Source: Mycolicibacterium smegmatis
GTDB taxonomy: Bacteria > Actinomycetota > Actinomycetes > Mycobacteriales > Mycobacteriaceae
DNA length: 32,000 nt
Reading direction: 5' to 3'
Assembly: GCF_001457595.1 (NCBI RefSeq)
Contig: NZ_LN831039.1
Coordinates: forward strand, 6,810,001 to 6,842,000
The notes beneath the pieces were generated by a model. It ran no database searches, was not told the DNA's origin, and was given only the letters and a program-made list of their open reading frames with translations. Position numbers and translations under genes: made by a program. Position 1 is the first letter of the stretch. Each line of letters starts with the position of its first letter. Of this stretch, positions 30,134-32,000 are shown in pieces.

Positions 30134-31132
30134 TCAGGCGCAACCGCACGAATTGCGGTGGTGGAACGTCGTCGGCACCCGGATGTGCTGCGCTGCACCG
30201 TCATCCCCCTGGATACGTCGCAGCAACAGTTCGACCGCGGTGGCACCGATGGTCTCGACGTCCTGCGCGGCCGCGGTGAGCTTGGGCTCGAACAGATCCG
30301 ACCACTCGAAGTCGTCGTAGCAGACGAACGCCACATCCCCCGGGATCGACAGTCCCAGACGGCGGATCGCCTTGAGGGTGCCGATGGTCATGGCGTTGTT
30401 CATCGACACCAGCGCGGTCGGGCGATCGGCGCTCGACATCAGCGCGTACACGCCGCGCTCGGCGGCCTCGGTGTTGGATTCACCGTCGACGATCAACGAC
30501 GCGTCGAGGTCGATCCCGCGATCGGACAGCGCCGCGACGTATCCGTCGAAACGTTCGGTGGTCGACGAAATCCCGGCGAGACCACGCACCACACCGACCC
30601 TCGTGTGCCCGATGTCGAGCAGATGGTCGGTCAATGCCTTCGCCGACGACTCGTTCTCCGGGCCCACCTGATCGCTCTCGATGTCGGCGCCGCGGTCGAT
30701 GAGCACCAGAGGCGTTCCCGCACGCGCGATCTCAGGAAGGGAGGCGCGCTCCGACCCGGCAGCGGGCGCTACGATCATGCCGTCGACCTTGCGGCCGAGA
30801 AGCGAATCGACCACGCGCTTCTCGGATTCCGCCTCGTCGTGGGAGTCACCGACGATCAGCACGTACCCGGCGTCGGACAGTGCCCGCTCGACGGCGTGCA
30901 CCAGGCTCCCGAAGTAGGGGTTGGTCAGCGCCGAGATAGACAGGCCGACGGTGTTGGTGCGTCCGGCGGCGAGTGCCCGCGCGACGACATTGCGCCGGTA
31001 CCCGGTCTGCTCGATCGCCTCCTCGACGCGAAGCCGGGTCTCGGCATTGACCTTGCGCGTGCCGTTGAGCACGTGCGACACCGTGGATGTCGACACGCCG
31101 GCAAGCCGGGCGACGTCATCCATCGTGGTCAC
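30134..31132 (-). CDS. LacI-family transcriptional regulator, 332 aa
   Basis: ORF 30134..31132. HTH MDDVARLAGVSTSTVSHVLNGTRKVNAETRLRVEEAIEQTGYRRNVVARAL followed by a periplasmic-binding-protein-like sugar-binding domain. Confidence 0.92.
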   Translation of the reverse strand: MTTMDDVARLAGVSTSTVSHVLNGTRKVNAETRLRVEEAIEQTGYRRNVVARALAAGRTNTVGLSISALTNPYFGSLVHAVERALSDAGYVLIVGDSHDEAESEKRVVDSLLGRKVDGMIVAPAAGSERASLPEIARAGTPLVLIDRGADIESDQVGPENESSAKALTDHLLDIGHTRVGVVRGLAGISSTTERFDGYVAALSDRGIDLDASLIVDGESNTEAAERGVYALMSSADRPTALVSMNNAMTIGTLKAIRRLGLSIPGDVAFVCYDDFEWSDLFEPKLTAAAQDVETIGATAVELLLRRIQGDDGAAQHIRVPTTFHHRNSCGCA

Positions 31133-31779
31133 GGCACACGCACGATCCGGTCCGCGCGACCTGCGGTCGACTCGATCAGCTGCGCGTTGCGCTCGTCTGG
31201 CCCGAGTGCCCAGCGTTCGGCGTCCTGCGGGGATTTCCCGAACGCCTCATGACGACGCCGCAGGCGGTCGCGGCGGACCTCGGTGTCGAGCGTCAGGAAC
31301 CACACCTCGTCGATGCACGACCGCGCCGTCGGCCACGCATCACGGTCCAGCAGAAGGTAATTGCCCTCGGTGACCACCAGCGGCACCGTCGACGGAACCG
31401 GGATCGACGAGGCGATGGACTCCTCGATCTCCCGGTGGAACCGCGGTGCGTACACCACCGGGTCACCGACGCGCTGCGCCCGCAGCGTAGCGATCAACCG
31501 CGCGTACCCGCCGTCGTCGAAGGTGTCGTGTGCGCCCTTGCGGTCGCGCCGGCCGAGGTCGATCAGCACCTCGTTGGCCAGGTGGAAGCCGTCCATGGGA
31601 ACCAGAACGGCGACCTCCGGTCCCAGCGCGGCCACAAGTTGTTCGGCGACCGTGGACTTCCCGGCCGCCGGCGCGCCGGTGAGGCCGAGGATGCGGCGTT
31701 CGCCGGGAACGACGAGTGCTTTCGCCCACTCGACCATCTGGTCCAGTGTGGCCTCCTGCACGTCCTGCACGTTGGTCAC
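31129..31779 (-). CDS. P-loop kinase of the uridine/pantothenate-kinase-like family (FrcK-like), 216 aa
   Basis: ORF 31129..31845. I prefer GTG at 31779, which overlaps the PfkB stop (GTGA). Walker A ILGLTGAPAAGKSTVAEQL. The PMDGFH motif is typical of this kinase family. Its TGA stop overlaps the LacI ATG (ATGA). Confidence 0.8.
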   Translation of the reverse strand: MTNVQDVQEATLDQMVEWAKALVVPGERRILGLTGAPAAGKSTVAEQLVAALGPEVAVLVPMDGFHLANEVLIDLGRRDRKGAHDTFDDGGYARLIATLRAQRVGDPVVYAPRFHREIEESIASSIPVPSTVPLVVTEGNYLLLDRDAWPTARSCIDEVWFLTLDTEVRRDRLRRRHEAFGKSPQDAERWALGPDERNAQLIESTAGRADRIVRVP

Positions 31780-32000
31780 CGTTCTCGCTTTCGAATCTGA
31801 TCGGGGAGTTTGCTCAACCACGCCCGTGGCCCGACCACCGAACACCGTAATGCCGCAACGCGCGACGAGCGATCGATGCGCTCGGCAACACCGCTGTCGG
31901 AGCGCGTCGAATAGTAGGCGTACGCGCCGTGGAACGCGTCACCGGCACCCAGGGTGTCGGCCACCGTCACCGGCGGCACCGGCACCTCACCGGATTCACC
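31776..32000 (-). CDS. PfkB/ribokinase-family carbohydrate kinase, C-terminal 74 aa only (gene starts beyond position 32000)
   Basis: The frame is open from the window edge: GESGEVPVPPVTVADTLGAGDAFHGAYAYY... The track shows only the internal-start fragment 31776..31985. DTLGAGDAF is the PfkB signature-2 / catalytic Asp motif. Confidence 0.8.
   Translation of the reverse strand, partial: GESGEVPVPPVTVADTLGAGDAFHGAYAYYSTRSDSGVAERIDRSSRVAALRCSVVGPRAWLSKLPDQIRKRER

Noticed and set aside
27478-31252. Plus-strand ORFs 27478..28308, 28554..29501, 29785..30279 and 30131..31252.
   Set aside because: They are antisense or out of frame to the MpaB-like, MmyB-like and LacI genes or to the crotonase remnant. 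LacI and MmyB-like HTH motifs are unambiguous on the minus strand.
1-32000. Looked for a mobile element, genomic-island borders, a CRISPR array, a toxin-antitoxin pair or a known defence system.
   Set aside because: I found no transposase, integrase, recombinase or phage-like ORF, no tRNA, no flanking long direct repeats and no array of regularly spaced repeats. There was no small two-gene cassette with TA-like features, and G+C looks uniform apart from short promoter-like stretches.

Overview
This is a 32-kb, uniformly high-G+C chromosomal segment (roughly two-thirds G+C by eye, not computed). It looks like a Mycobacterium/Mycolicibacterium-type actinobacterium: an EchA8-like crotonase, a DinB/mycothiol-type enzyme, TANNNT -10 boxes, frequent GTG/TTG starts and 4-nt start/stop overlaps. 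I support 31 protein-coding loci. Two are cut by the window edges and so are missing from the supplied ORF track: a type I PKS at 1-1956 and a PfkB kinase at 31776-32000, both on the minus strand. One locus looks like a decayed pseudogene (crotonase, 29420-30122). I saw no rRNA, tRNA, CRISPR array, transposase, integrase or phage gene. Many long ORFs in the track are antisense or out-of-frame artefacts of the G+C bias. Gene order: [PKS <- halogenase-like flavoenzyme <- CPA2 antiporter] | [2 NTF2/SnoaL-like + MetX-like hydrolase ->] [family III CoA-transferase, crotonase, MHS transporter, LysR ->] echA8-like -> | <- small secreted protein <- DinB-like | PhzF-like -> | <- secreted lipase <- 330-aa orphan <- secreted beta-lactamase-fold hydrolase | DHFR-fold protein -> | <- TIM-like <- RpiB-like <- DhaK/DhaL kinase <- GntR | xylose-isomerase-fold protein, 3-hydroxyacyl-CoA-DH-fold protein, GntP permease -> | <- MpaB/DUF2236 oxygenase <- MmyB-like regulator | crotonase pseudogene -> | <- LacI <- P-loop kinase <- PfkB kinase. 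Four things are most worth a second look. (i) The antiporter-halogenase-PKS operon at the left edge may be the border of a halogenated-polyketide cluster. (ii) The GntR-centred pair of operons (19442-26878) reads like an uncharacterised aldonate -> ketose -> ketose-phosphate route and shares AT-rich palindromic operators. (iii) Operator-like palindromes lie at 5283-5339 and 16549-16613. (iv) A 330-aa orphan sits between two secreted hydrolases. All functional calls rest on motif recognition by eye; no database search or folding calculation was possible.
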